Shown here piece after piece: positions 13,804 to 27,697 of a stretch of DNA of 64,000 bases (positions within the stretch are counted from its first letter, which is position 1; the number at the start of each line of letters is the position of its first letter). The stretch covers positions 55,212,449-55,276,448 of the forward strand of contig NC_068985.1 of the NCBI RefSeq assembly GCF_001194135.2, read 5' to 3'. The notes under the pieces are model-generated. The model was not told the origin of the DNA, searched no databases, and saw only the letters and a list, made by a program, of their open reading frames with translations. Source of the DNA: Octopus bimaculoides. Taxonomy: Eukaryota. Made by a program: the position numbers and the translations under genes.

Positions 13804-15790
13804 AGTAAAAATAAATACAAAAAAGGTGGTTTTTTTGTATGATTGTGTATAGAGGAATATATTATTTTGTTTAAAAGAGTTCCAACACTGTCTGTTTTTT
13901 ATGTTTTATTTATATTCCTGCAGAACTAATGTGGGGTATAGAATATGGAATATACAATATATAATATAATATACAATATAAAATAAATTAAAATAAATAT
14001 ATATATATATATATATATATACAATATATACATACATGTGTGTCTGTATATATAAACATACATACATTCATACGTGTAAGTGTATATATATATTTTATAC
14101 ATGAGAGTTTATCAGTGTATGCTTATATGAGCAGATTATTTTAATTATGGGATATGGGTGTGTACATATATGTATGTATATGTGTATATATCATCATCAT
14201 CATCATTTAGCGTCTACTTTCCATGTTGGCATTGGTTAGATGGCTTGACTGAAACTGGTAAGCCGGAGAGCTGCACCAAGTTCCAGTCTGGTTTGGCATG
14301 GTTTCTATGGCTGGATGCCTTCCTAACACCAACCACTCCAAGAGTATAATGGCTGCCATTTATGTGCCACTGGCAATGGTGCCAGTTATGTGACACCACC
14401 ATCGACCACGATTACAATTTCACTTGGCTTGATGAGTCTTCTGAAACACAGCATATTACCAAAGGTCTCAGTCACTTGTCATCGCTTCTGTGAGGCTGTT
14501 TGAAGATTATGCTTCACTGCTTTGTCCAGTGTCTACCTCTTCCACAGGTTCGTTCTACAAAGATCTGCACTTCTTTACACAGCTGTCCTCATCCATATGT
14601 GTGTAAGTTTGTATTTATATGTATATATAATTGTGTATGTGTATGTTCTTAGATATAAATGTCTGTATATGTGAGCATAAATATATATGTATATGTGTGT
14701 ATTTATGTGCATACAATAATATATGTATTTTTATGTATATAATATCTGGTGTTCATATGTATGATTATTTATGTTGTTTTTGTCTTATCATAACTGCCTA
14801 TGAAGATAATGTGTCTATCAACATGTCCATGTGTGTAAGAAAACACAGATAAAGGGATTTTATCTTTCAAGTTGAAGTTACAAGAAAAGATTCAAAGATT
14901 CTTAGAAAACTGTCAGAGGAATTTTTTCATTCATTAATTACCTTAACCTTTTAGCATTTAAACTGGCCATATCCGGCATAAATATTCCACCTATTTTATG
15001 TTCAAACCAACTATATTCGGCCTCTCACACATACCCTACAACGTCATTCTAAAACCAGAGAATTATATCTTTGAAATCTCAAAGCTATAAGATAATGCAT
15101 GATTAATTCAAAATAATGTGAATAAATAAGCATTACATTTGATAGAATAATATGAATGCTAAATGGTTAGATCTTTTATTTATGGATAGAGTACTATTAG
15201 ATGTATTTCCATTTCCATTTTGTCTATTTTGCCTTGATATTAGACATGACCATATATAGTTGATACTTCTAGTGTTTGGGCATTTCCTTTCATAGTTTGT
15301 TTATAAACTGAAATGATAATGTTTGATGAAGTGAATTGGCTATAAATTTATTATACAATGTTGCATAACTTTTGTATCATCACCATCATTTAACATCCAC
15401 ATTTCCATTCTAGCATGGATCAAGCAGAATTTGTTGAGGCAGATTTTCTATGGTTGGACACTTCTTCTTTGCTGGACACTTCCTTCATGGTGATGCCGTT
15501 GATAACTCTGTAGACCAATACTTGCATAGAAGGGTTGATGGCATTGACTGCATGGTAATGTTAGTGGAGGATGAGGTTGATTTTGTTGAGCCTTTTTCTC
15601 CTGTTGTTTGATTTCTTCTTTCTTTCTTCTATGAAGGAAAGTTTGGCATGGGTGCCAGTCATCGAATTTTGTTCGAATTTGATTTCACTTGCCTCAACAG
15701 GTCTTCGCAAACAGAGTTTAGTGTCCAATGAAGAAAAGGTACGCATAAGTGGGCTGGCTACACCCCTGGCAAAGGCCATGGATTATGGTC

Positions 15791-16955
15791 TCACTTGGCT
15801 TGCTGGGTCTTCTCACGCATAGCATATTTCCAAAGGTCTCGGTCACTAGTCATTGCCTCAGTGAGGCCTAATGTTTGAAGGTCGTGCTTCACCTCATCCC
15901 AGGTCTTCCTGGGTCTACCTCTTCCACAGGCTCCCTCAACCGCAGGGTGTGACACTTTTCCACACAGCCATCCTCATCCATTCTCGCTACATGACCATAC
16001 CAATGCAATCGTCTCTCTTGCACACCACAACTGATGCGTTTTAGGTCCAACTTTTCTCTGAAGGTACTTACACTGTCGAGTATGCACACTGACATTACAC
16101 ATCCATTGGAGCATACGGGATTCATTTCTTGCGAGCTTACACATGTCCTCAGCAGTCACAGCCCATGTTTCAATGCCATGTAGCATGGCTGTTCGTACAC
16201 ATGCGTCATAGTCTGCCTCTTACTCTGAGCGAGAGGCCCTTTGTCACCAGCAGAGGTAAGAGCTCTCTGAACTTTTCCCAGGCTATTCTTATTCTAGCAG
16301 CTACACTTTCATCGGACCCTCCCCCGCTACTGACTTGGTCACCTAGGTAACGGAAGCTATCAACTACTTCTAGTTTTTCTCCCTGGAATGTGACAGAAGC
16401 TGTTCTCTGCACATTTCCAATGTTTATTGCTCCTGAGCATCTGCCACATACAAAAACTATATTCCCTGTTAGCCTTCCTTTGATATTGCTGCACCTCTTA
16501 TGTGTCCATAGCTTACACTGGGTACATCTTATAGAGTTTCTGCCTATGCCTTTTCTACAGATCAAGCAAGGCCATCTACCTGAAGGGGTTTGTAGTTTGT
16601 CTGCCTTCCTACTTATTAGGACTTTGGTTTTAGCTGGGTTGACTCTAAGGCCCTTCGATTCTAATCCTTGCTTCCACACCAGAAACTTCTCTAGTTCTGA
16701 TAGTGACGTAGCTATTAGAGCAAAGTCATCAGCATAGAGGAGCTCCCACGGGCATCCTGTCTTGAATTCCTGTGTTATTGCCTGGAGGACTATGATAAAT
16801 AGGAGGGGGCTGAGGACTGAACCTTGGTGGATCCCTACCTCTACTCGGAATTCTTCACTGTACTCGTTGCCAACCCTCACCTTACTGACAGCGTCCCTGT
16901 ACATGGCTCGCACAGCTCTCACTAAACATTCATCTATCCCTAGTTTCCTCATTGA
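15791..16955 (-). mobile_element. 5'-truncated RTE-clade LINE (RT C-terminal half to ORF2 stop)
   Basis: GIHQGSVLSPLLF and LLYADD RT motifs, a Cys-rich insert CLICRKG...CTQCKLWTHKRC, and LRWYGHV-like VWS/HWYGHV. Frameshifted 3' part ends ...DRDLWKYAMREKTQQAK* at 15791. Confidence 0.92.
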
Positions 16956-17269
16956 TTACCAGATAAGGGAATGAAATACATACAGAATACGAGAGGTATT
17001 TGGGGATGTATTTGGTAATTTGATAATACAATCTCAAACTAGTTGAAAACCAAATATTTTTAATAAAAATATGTGCACATGTTCTTGATATGCTTCCATA
17101 TAACATTATACAATGAATCTGCCTTTCGTGATTACTTCCATACAGGATCAGAATCGTTGACATATCTGAACTAAATGGTCTTTATTCATTTTGGGCATAA
17201 CCTGGACATCACCATAGCCTTCCGTGAAGCTATGGTATTATGACGATGTTGATTAGTTTCCCTTTCGAC

Positions 17270-18110
17270 AACACACTAAAAATGAGATTTAAATCTGGCA
17301 AGTTTGGACTTACATGGTTGTAAAGAATGTCTGACATCCATTCTTGGACTGCACAGTCTGAGAATGTGTTGAATTTTGTTGAAATATGTATGGCATTCCA
17401 TTGAGTTCTTCACCCATCCAGGGTTTAACAACACTCCCCAGCACCTCAACTATGAAAAGATGTGAGGTGTTGTGGCATGACTTTCATTACTTACCACTCT
17501 TAAAACCATCACAGTAGCTGGAAACTTAGTGTGCCTCACTCTGAGGACATCAAAAGAAATTCCACATAATCATGTCATTTCTTGTTGAACTTTTGATCTT
17601 GGTTAAAGGTTTTCTCAGAAGAGCCAAAGCATACCATGCTCGTGAAGGTTTTGATTTTAAGCAAGCACTTGACATGAGTCACATGGTTTTCCTGTGCTTT
17701 TGCAGGTACGAAGTAGCCTCTCCTCAGTACACACAATTTGTATTGAATGTCCTTATGTACCACAGTTCTTGTCTGCTCTGACGAAGTTCTTTGCTGATAG
17801 TCCTCATTACATTTCCACCATCACAAATATGCTTTGATCTTGTTGGATGTACTGCAGTGTTTTTTTATAGTTTCTGAATGTTTAGAATGTTTTTGTGTTT
17901 TCTTTAATACAGTTGAAACATTCCCACCATGGGCTTCCAACTACATACAAACTCTATGTACAAAAGATCTTGCAGTATTTAGAAAGTTGGCAATTTCTAA
18001 ATTGCTCTATTCTGCATATATGGCAACAATAGCTACACTTCTTTTCATTTCTTGTGTTAGCATTTTATCTGCCATGGAGGATCTGAAAGAAAGAAAAATC
18101 TTATAATTTA
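17270..18110 (-). mobile_element. Degenerate Tc1/mariner-superfamily transposase fragment
   Basis: Broken frames give EMKRSVAIVAI...SNLEIANFL, VVHKDIQYKLCVLRRG, SSEKTFNQDQKFN and QEWMSDILYNHVSPNLPDLN. Confidence 0.7.
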
Positions 18111-19001
18111 TTTGAAGAGAATAATGTACTGATAATTGTCCTCAAATACTCCTTGCTCCTTATATAATCCCATTGTTGATGAACCATTTTCTATCATTAA
18201 TAAAACTGTTAGCATCTTTGATGACACTGGTATGCTTGTATACACATACACACACAGAGAAATCTATGTGTGTGTAACTGAACTAATTGGCTATGGAAAT
18301 GGCAGTAGGGATAAGAATTACATATTATATTACTTTGAATATCTTTGAATAAACTGATGTCTATATGTCAATTTTCTTCTTTTCCTCATTATATATATAT
18401 ATAAAGGCATAGGAGTAGCAGTGTGGTAAGAAGCTTGTTTCCCAACTACATGATTCTGGGTTCAGTCCCACTGCGTGGCACTTTGGGCAAGTGTCTTCTA
18501 CTATAGCCTCAGGTTGACCAAAGCCTTGTGAGTGGATTTGGTAGATGGAAACTGAAAGAAGCCTGTCATGTGTGTGCGTTTGTCCCCATACTACTGCTTC
18601 ACAACCAGTATTGGTGTGTTTAACGCTCCTGTAACTAAGCAGTTTGGCAAAATATTTATAAATATATCTATACTCTCTTTTTACTCTTTTACTTGTTTCA
18701 GTCATTTGACTGTGGCCATGCTGGAGCACCGCCTTTAGTTGAGCAAATCGACCCCGGGACTTATTTTTTGTAAGCCTAGTACTTATTCTATTGGTCTCTT
18801 TTTGCCGAACCGCTAAGTGACGGGGACATAAACACACCAGTATCGGTTGTCAAGCAATGCTAGGGGGACAAACACTGACACACACACATATACATATATA
18901 CAACGGGCTTCTTTCAGTTTCTGTCTACCAAATCCACTCACAAGGGGACTGAACCCGAAACCATGTGGTTGGTAAGCAAGCTACTTACCACACAGCCACT
19001 C

Positions 19002-19034
<33 letters not shown>

Positions 19035-20889
19035 TATATATATAAAAATAAATAAATATATATATATAAAAATAAATAAATATATATATAAAAATAATTG
19101 CTGTGTTTGTGAGTACCCTTGTCTTGGCATCACAAGATGATTGTCGGTTTTCTAAATCTAGAAGCCTTTTCTGTCACCAATCTTCACCTCTTTCCAAGCA
19201 AGGTAATATTTCCCTACAGCCAGGCATGTATTTTACATAAGACTGGATACCATCAACACTGCTTGCATGACAGTGACACTCACTTTACGACTAGATCTAG
19301 ACCTAGACGTATACACTTAGATCAGCTTGCAGTGCCACCTAACTGGACTGTGAGATGTTAACATTTTGGAGTAATCTTCTCATTGGTCACAGACACTAAG
19401 CAAATGGCACTGCAAGCTGAATTAAGAGAGTACCTCTCTTATGCTTTTCCAGTCACCTTATGATGACTGGCAGCGCTATACAACAGCTCACTGTAAGTAA
19501 ATTATGGAGGGGGAGAGCTAAGCAGTGAGAAGTGAAATCATAATGTTATTATCAGTTCGAATATACTTGGACATTCAAACTGGAGAACAAGCTATTCACT
19601 CTCGTTTGTTAACAAATGGTGTGTATACACCTAGATCAGCTTACACCACCACCTACTTATATATGTACAAAACAAAACTTCACACACCACTGTGTTAGAA
19701 ACGTATAGATTCTTACATGAAACTTTAGGTCTGGGCCTATAATTCTGCTTACTTTAAATATGACAAACATTATGTATCATTCCCCACTCTCTCTCATACA
19801 CACACACACATACACATGTACACATACACACACACACACATGCACATACACATGTACACACACACACACACACATTATATATATATATATATATATATNN
19901 NNNNNNNNAATTTGAACTGAAAAAGAGAAAACTTATTGAGTATTTCAACTGACATTATTTTAAATTATAATTTCGTATCTTCAGAAGATAAAGTCATGAC
20001 AGACTAAAGAAGAATTAAATTTTAAAATACTGCAACGATCTTACAGATTATATGTGTGTGTAATAAGACGTATGTTTCCATCATAAAGTCTAATAGCTTG
20101 CCAACAAGACAGAGTAGTTTAAAAAATTTTAATATTCATGATTAAAATTTATGCAATCTTTTCTGATAAATATGAAATGAGAATGAATATGAGTGAAGAG
20201 AAGAGAAAAAGGGGAGGCAAGGAGGGGTGTGTTTGTTGTTTTTTTTTTAATTTAAAAAAAATTTTTGGAAGAAAAAATATTTCTTTAAGAAATACCAAAA
20301 TGTTAATTTGAACTGAAAAAGAGAAAACTTATTGAGTATTTCAACTGACATTATTTTAAATTATAATTTCGTATCTTCAGAAGATAAAGTCATGACAGAC
20401 TAAAGAAGAATTAAATTTTAAATTCTTTTTAATCATTTTCCCTCCCCCTTGAAACTATAAAATATTTTATCGATTTTTCCAAGAAATATCAGAAGAAAAC
20501 CAATGTCATGTTTGATGAACTGAAGAAAAATACTTCCATTAAGCTTAAAAGATTTAAGTCAATCAACAGGTATTATTACAAAAGTATAGTGAATGTCATA
20601 CTCAATGTGAAAAGCAAATGTAAAAAAAAACTGATATTTTTATGAAAGAACCACATTTACACAAGTGATTCAGTGTAAATATAGAATTTACAAGAGATAA
20701 AAGACAAAAACAGCAGACAAAAAGTATAGTAATCTTTTTGATAAAGATTTGAATGCTATTAAATCTGTTCTTACAGCTAGACATCATGTCTTGCCTTAAA
20801 TTGCTCACTCATTACTTCAATATTCATAGTTATTCAATTAAAAAACTATTTTAATTGATTAGATATAACACACAGACACACACATGTAT

Positions 20890-20926
<37 letters not shown>

Positions 20927-21449
20927 CATCAAAATGTTCTCCTAACATTTCATTAAGGAGTCGTCTAACTTTAGAGTAAGCTAATACCTCAACTATTATC
21001 TCGTGATCAGATCTATTTATTTATGTATTTTTTTTTATATTGCACAGATCTGATGTGTTCCTGATCTGTCAGCGTTAAATATTATAGCTTAATGAAAGAC
21101 TTGCATTGATAAAAAAATATTCGGAGAGAAAAAGAGAGATATAAGAGATAGAGATGTCATCAACAAGCTTTCAGCTATTAACTTTATATGAAGAGATGGG
21201 GAAGCAAACTTATCAAAGTATATTTATTATTTAAAAAAAAAATGCAATTTAAAACTTTATACATTAGAAGTCAATCAAAAACAAAATCTTCGTCTCCTTA
21301 GATTTGTGTCTTTCTCTCAACTTAAAGTTTATTGATGTGTTTATATATACATACATGTGTGTGTGTGTATATATATATATTTTTTTCATACATATATATA
21401 TACATACATACATATACATATATACATACATATACATACATACATACAT

Positions 21450-21511
<62 letters not shown>

Positions 21512-22037
21512 CAATATTAAAAAAAAAAAACAAAAAAAATTTGGGGGCTTTTGAGAGAAAAATGTAAAAAAAAATCTTGCATCTGAATAAACATTTTTTT
21601 TTTCAGTCTTTCTTTGATGTGCAGGACTGCATCAATTGCTGCAGCCTTTGTAGTAATGTTATTAGAAGAGAATGTTGTCAAGTATTGGTGGTTAGTCAAA
21701 CTGGAATTCCTTAGTAGAGAAGGGAATGTGAATTTTTTTTTTACGAGAAAAAAAAAAAAATGAATTTTAGAGGTGGGGATCGGGGCGCCATGCATGAAAA
21801 TGGGGTGAGGAAAAGAGAGAATGAGGGAGGGTTATAGTTTGATTGAAATGACTTGATTTTAGTGTATTTCAACAACACAGTTGTAGTTTCACTTTTGTAT
21901 AAAACTAAATTGAAAAGAAATTAAAAATAAAGAACCTCCTCCAAGACAGAACAACCAAAATATTTCCATAGAGTCTGAAATAAATGTGTCTGTGATATAT
22001 ATGTCCTCCATTTACAGATTGCCCTGTCACACTGGGG

Positions 22038-22265
22038 CTAAACTGTCTGTGTTTTTTGGTCAACCCGTTTCATTGTGATAGTTGCCAATAGAGGCTTGTC
22101 TGTAATGTGTTGTACTTTTTTTTCAACGCATTGTGGCAATATTTCGATGTGTTGTACCTTTTTATCACAGTTTGTAGGCACCAATTTGCTGAGCTCATGT
22201 GATGAATAGCCAAGCAACATCTTGAGGTCACACACAAATTTGTATACAAATCGTTTCCCATGAAC
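22038..22265 (-). CDS. GABPA: GABPA terminal coding exon (ETS end plus C-terminal tail)
   Basis: ttgttcag|[38 protein letters not shown]...KTQTV*. The nine exons sum to 1398 nt (465 aa plus stop). Confidence 0.95.
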   Translation of the reverse strand, partial: VHGKRFVYKFVCDLKMLLGYSSHELSKLVPTNCDKKVQHIEILPQCVEKKVQHITDKPLLATITMKRVDQKTQTV

Positions 22266-23886
22266 CTGAACAAGAAAAAGAGAAATGTTAAAAAAAAAAA
22301 TCAACCAAAGAATTCATAACATAAAAATAAGTTAACCTTTTTGACACAAACCCACCAAAAACTGCCCTTGATTCTGTGAAATGTTTACATTTAAAATTTA
22401 AACCTTTGAGCATAAGTTTAGCAAGAAATGTTAGCTTTATTTACTAACACATACACTGAGTTTTTCATGAGTTAAAGGAGTCTTAACAGCTACATAAATT
22501 ATCTTCTTAAAAGTGCTAAAAGTAAATTTTTTTGGTGGAAAAAAATTCTAGGAAGGGGATGGTATTTTTCATTTATATATAGTAATGCCCTTAATATATA
22601 GATGCCACATGCTGGGAGGGGCTCTTAAAGTCAAAACGACCATAATAATGTTTATTATGGTAGTTTTGACTTTAAGAGTCCCTCCCAGTGTAAGGCATTT
22701 ATGTATAGTAATGCCCTTAATATATATAAATAAATATATTTAAAGGGAATAATTAATAAATTTTTCCCTTATGAGGTTTTCCACGCTAACTACTTGATAA
22801 ATTCTTATAAAGATTTTATCCTATTTTTGAATTATACATATATATATCTTATAAATAAAACATGTACAATATCACACTCGTGGTTGTTTTTCATGAAACC
22901 ACGAAATATCCATGGAGTCAGCTTGTTATCTCTACTCTTCGAGCATTATTTTGCTGTTAATAACAATTCCATTTCACCTTTCTTCCTATTAATTTACACC
23001 TGTCCCACCCGCCTATTTGTACACCAATTAATTAATCAAGGTTTATTACATTTAAATATGGTAAATATAGTTCACTGTTTGATATTCTCTAATGAAAAAA
23101 CTTACTGTTTAAATCAGGACAGATATAGTGTTTAATTAGAATAATAGATTTTAAGGATATAGACAAAGATGATGTCCAGCGTAGTTTTGACTGAAGAGAC
23201 ACAACCAAGTCGAAACACCGCAATATCTCAATGAATTGAGTATATTAGAAACACACACTGTCTAAAAGAAGTTGTTCCCCTTAGACAAAATACAGCAGTA
23301 TTTAGCATATTCTATCCATATTTGAATCTGCTTGAATGTATTAAGAATGAATATGTACATCATTGGTTATTTTTGATTTTTGCTGTTCTCCATGCTCATG
23401 ATGATTGATTAACTTTAAGATACTTTCAGACAGAATAAAAATAACATGAAACTGAGTTATTTTCATATTAGTAGAGGTATACTAATTAATGCCATGAGAC
23501 TTTGGTTTCAAAGGTAAGCATGAAACATAATGAAAGATAAGATTGGTGAATTGGTACAACTGTTTAGAGTGACACACAAAACAGCTTTTGGTATTTAGTT
23601 ATGGAAATTTTAAGCTCCAAGTTCAAATCCCACTGAGATCAACTTTGCCCAACAAGTCCAATCACATCACCTAGTTTGGATATATTTCATTACTTGATTT
23701 TTTTCCCTTTCTTTCTTTATTGCTATAATACTATCAATCTATTTAATACAATAATCTCATTATTTGATCAATTGTAACCATGTAATCTAGATTACCAACA
23801 TAGTTATGTCCCTTGGAAATTACAGATGTTTTTAACAATCAGCATGTTATAATAATAATTAAAAACAAACCAACACCATAACCTAC

Positions 23887-24110
23887 CTTTGCTATCATGT
23901 CTCCATCATAATAGTACCGTAGAGCACGACTTAGTTTCTCATAGTTCATGGTTGGTTTGTTTTTACGCTGGCCCCACAGCTGAGCCACCATCTCAGGATT
24001 GTGTAATTTGAATTCTCCATCATCTCCAACCCACTGGATAATCTCTCGGTATTCCTTGTCAGTTAATAGCTCCAATAAGAACTGCCATAATTGAATTTGA
24101 CCGTTGTTGC
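23887..24110 (-). CDS. GABPA: GABPA coding exon 8 (ETS domain)
   Basis: ttctgtag|GC AAC...GCA AAG|gtaggt. [75 protein letters not shown]. Confidence 0.97.
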
Positions 24111-24706
24111 CTACAGAATGAATGACAAGAAAGCATTAATAATAATTGCCTGATTCTTAATAACCACATCATCTGAATTAAGAAAACTTCTCATTTTTGG
24201 ATATGTAGTCAAAAAAGCTTACTTCCCAACCACATGTTTGCAAGAGGATCTTAGGCAAGTGTTTTCTACTATAGCCCTGAGCTGAATTTCCAAATGTATT
24301 TGGAAGACAGAAACAGAAAGAAGACCATTGTCTGTGTGTGCACGCATGCATGTGTGTGTACATGTGCATATGTGTTTGTATGTACCCTTGCCCTGACATC
24401 ACATAATGACTGTATACAAGCATCACCATCATGTAAGTGGTGTTTGTTTCCAATCTTTCGTGAAAAACATGTCCAGCTATGGTGAAATATTATTACCTTG
24501 CTTGGAAACAGGTGAAGGCTGGCAATAAGAAAGGCATCTAGCCATAGAAAATCTGCCTTAACAAATTCCATCTGACCCATGCAAGCATCAAAAGTGGGCA
24601 TTAAAACATTGATGATGGTAATACAGATAAATATCAATCTTCACATGAAACTGAGTGACTGATTTACATTAAACTTATGGTCATAAAAATATTTTATCCT
24701 GCTTAC

Positions 24707-24790
24707 CTGTTCTATTACCAGGTGTAATTCTTTCCTCACCTGTAATCCTAGTTAATCGAGGTCGTGGCGTCTTACTAAGAATTTTTCCAC
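24707..24790 (-). CDS. GABPA: GABPA coding exon 7
   Basis: tctgacag|GT GGA...ACA G|gtaagc. GKILSKTPRPRLTRITGEERITPGNRT, resembling vertebrate RISGEDRSSPGNRT. Confidence 0.92.
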
Positions 24791-25713
24791 CTGTCAGAAA
24801 GAGAAACAAACAAATAGATCCACCATGTATATTATCATTACTAGTACAGTCTTCAAGAAGGTGATGGGAATGTATTGAAAAGTCAAAGTAAACCTTGTGT
24901 CAATATAGTTACATACATAAATATGTCTAAGGTAACTTTTAGTAATGAGGATGAGTGTTCTGCATTTTTAGGAATATATTAAGAGAGTTAAGAAATGGGA
25001 ATAATGAAGAAAAGATTAAAATTATGTTCTTTATTTTTGCCTTTGTTGTGTTGTATATGTATACAGTTTTACGTACATAAAATGTACTACACAAATGTAT
25101 GTCTATCTATGGTAATGTAAGGCACAACAGTTTTTGTTATACAAAACTTATACTCCTTTACTCAAATATTTAATGTTTCACTGCTTTATAATTCTGAGAT
25201 GAGTAATCACTGAAGTCAATGTCAGGTCACCAAAAAAAATTCCCTTCACTCAACAGTGACGACATTTAAGTTGATGATGAAATTGAGATGGATGATGATG
25301 TATGTATATACACATACATATACTATGATGCATCTTGTGGAAGCAGAGATGATTTAAATATAAATCAGGAATTTATGTTCTATAGTATTTGATTTACCTG
25401 TATTTTTCTATGTTGTTCGAATACATACCACTGACAATTCCAACTTATTTATCTCAGCACATATTTGTTTAAATTATGCAAATTATCAAGGCCATGTATG
25501 TGTTCTATTCTTTTTTCGTATAATTATAAGCCTCTTGGCTACTGGAGTTAAGGTTGGACAATTGTCTTACTGATAATGGCAACTGAGCCTGAAACATGTC
25601 CACACCAGTTCTCTTATCTCCCAAGAATAAGCTAGTTCTATTCCTTAATGGTGTGTCAATCTTGAGATTCTCTCCCCTTCTCAAGTGGAACTGGTATATC
25701 TCATACCATACAG

Positions 25714-25861
25714 CAAATTCTTGATTTATTAAAATTATCTGTCTCCAGAGAATGTGCCATAATTACCAAATTGGAATTAAAACCAGCTCCACTTTATTGC
25801 AATTTGGTAATTATGATACATTCTCTGGAGGCAGAGATAACTTTAATAAATCTGGAATTTG
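25714..25861. mobile_element. Small foldback element
   Basis: Inverted arms of about 60 bp (25714-25773 and 25800-25861). Confidence 0.65.
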
Positions 25862-25913
25862 TTGTATGGTTTTTGATATATCTGCATTTGTCTATTATAT
25901 TGCTCATTTTTGT

Positions 25914-25946
<33 letters not shown>

Positions 25947-26268
25947 AGTGTGTGTGTATGTGTTATAGTGTTGTCTGCCTAAATTGACAAACAGGTCCTA
26001 CAGCTATTTCATGGTTGAGTTTTTAACAGAGAAATATCGTTAAATTACAAATGTAGGAGCAGCAAGAAATATGTAAACAAGTATTTATTAACAATAAGTA
26101 ATTATTTACTATGTCTTTCAACACACATCATTAGTAAAGTGAAAAATACATTCAATCAAATAATTTGATTTTACTACAAAATAAATATTACCAGTTTGAC
26201 TGTGTATGTGTGTTTAATTAACATCTAATTAATAAAGAAATTAAAGTTTGAATGTGTTTTTTTTTTAC

Positions 26269-26337
26269 CTGAATGACCATCTGATGTTGAAACTGTTATA
26301 GTGGTAATAGCATGTGGAGTTGGTTGTTGGAGAACAG
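26269..26337 (-). CDS. GABPA: GABPA coding exon 6 (69-nt linker exon)
   Basis: ctattacag|CT GTT...TCA G|gtaaaa. AVLQQPTPHAITTITVSTSDGHS; symmetric phase 1-1 exon. Confidence 0.8.
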
Positions 26338-27017
26338 CTGTAATAGAACACAGAAAACGACTGTTAATGGCAGAAGCCTAGAAATTCAATTAAATAAACA
26401 ACAAAATGCCTTTGTTGTTTTACATCTGTTTACTATGCTGGCAGGGAATAGGGTGGACAGATCAAGAGACAACGTCTTGCTTGTACATTTCATTTTTGGT
26501 GTTGTTTCTATGGCTGTGTGTCCTTTCTGACAGCAACCACTTTACAAAGTATATTGGTTTCAAATTTTGGTACAAGGCCAGCAGTTTTGGGGAAGGAACA
26601 AGTCAATTACATAAACCCCAGTGCTCAACTGGTACTTATTTAATCAACCCTGAAAGGATGAAAGGTAAAGTCAATCTTTCTGGAATTTGAACTCAGCATG
26701 TAGAGACGGACAAAATGCTGCTAAGCATTTTGCCTGGTCTGCTAATGATTCTGCCAGCTCGCCACCTTACTCCACAGAGTATATTGGGTGCATTTTATCA
26801 TGACACCAGCACTAGAGAGGTTGTTGCAACTCCAACAAAATGAAAAGGTTCTCACAACCCTACACTTTGTAGAGTCAACTGGGTGCATTATATTGTGGAA
26901 CCAGCACTAGAGATGGTAGGGGCGAGAGGGATAACAAAAGGAGAATAAATGGTGCAAGTCAGTGAGGAATATAGGTAGAGTGGATGGGGAACATGTAGAT
27001 CTGACAAGGTCTCTTAA

Positions 27018-27232
27018 CCCTTTAGCATTTAAACAGGCCATGTCTGGCCCAAATAGTCTACCTGGTTCAAACCAGTCAGTTCTAGTTTTATACATCTACT
27101 CTACAATGTCATTCTAAAAAATAAACTTTTTCATCATGGAAATCTTGAAGGAATAAGATAATGCATGATAAATTCCAAACGATGTGAATAAATAAGCATT
27201 ACATATGACAGAGTAATCTGAATGCCAAAGGG
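27018..27232. mobile_element. piggyBac-type MITE (other copies at 14947-15166 and about 40050-40250)
   Basis: TTAA|CCCTTTAGCATT ... AATGCCAAAGGG|TTAA; three related copies in the window. Confidence 0.75.
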
Positions 27233-27697
27233 TTAAATAAATAAATAAATATATATATACGTGTGTGAGTAAAGTAGGTGAGAAAGGCTGGTTGACAAGG
27301 ATAAGAGAGGGAGAGGTAGTGTACTGAAGAGAAGGTCAGATATATCAGATAAATCGCACATCCATAGAAACAACAAAATAATTCCTTATTGTACTAGAAG
27401 CAATGTACAGTGAACCAAAGGATCTGTTATTATTCTTAGTCACATCACTAGCATAGTACAGTGAGGAGAAGAGAAAATGATCAAGAGATGAACAATAGGG
27501 GTATGAGTGTTAGAGTTATGAGTGATGAAGACATGGGTGACAGTGACATGGGGTGATAGACAGGTGAGTGATACAATAGAGAGGTGAGATAAGAAGGGCT
27601 AGTGTTAGAAAGGTGAAAAGTAATCAAGGGAACCAAAGATATATCTACACACGCATACACACTCTCATGCATATATGCACATGTTCACATATATATA

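Noticed and set aside
19909-20420. About 115-bp direct duplication (19909-20023 and 20306-20420)
   Set aside because: One copy starts at a 10-N gap, so it is probably a scaffolding overlap artefact.
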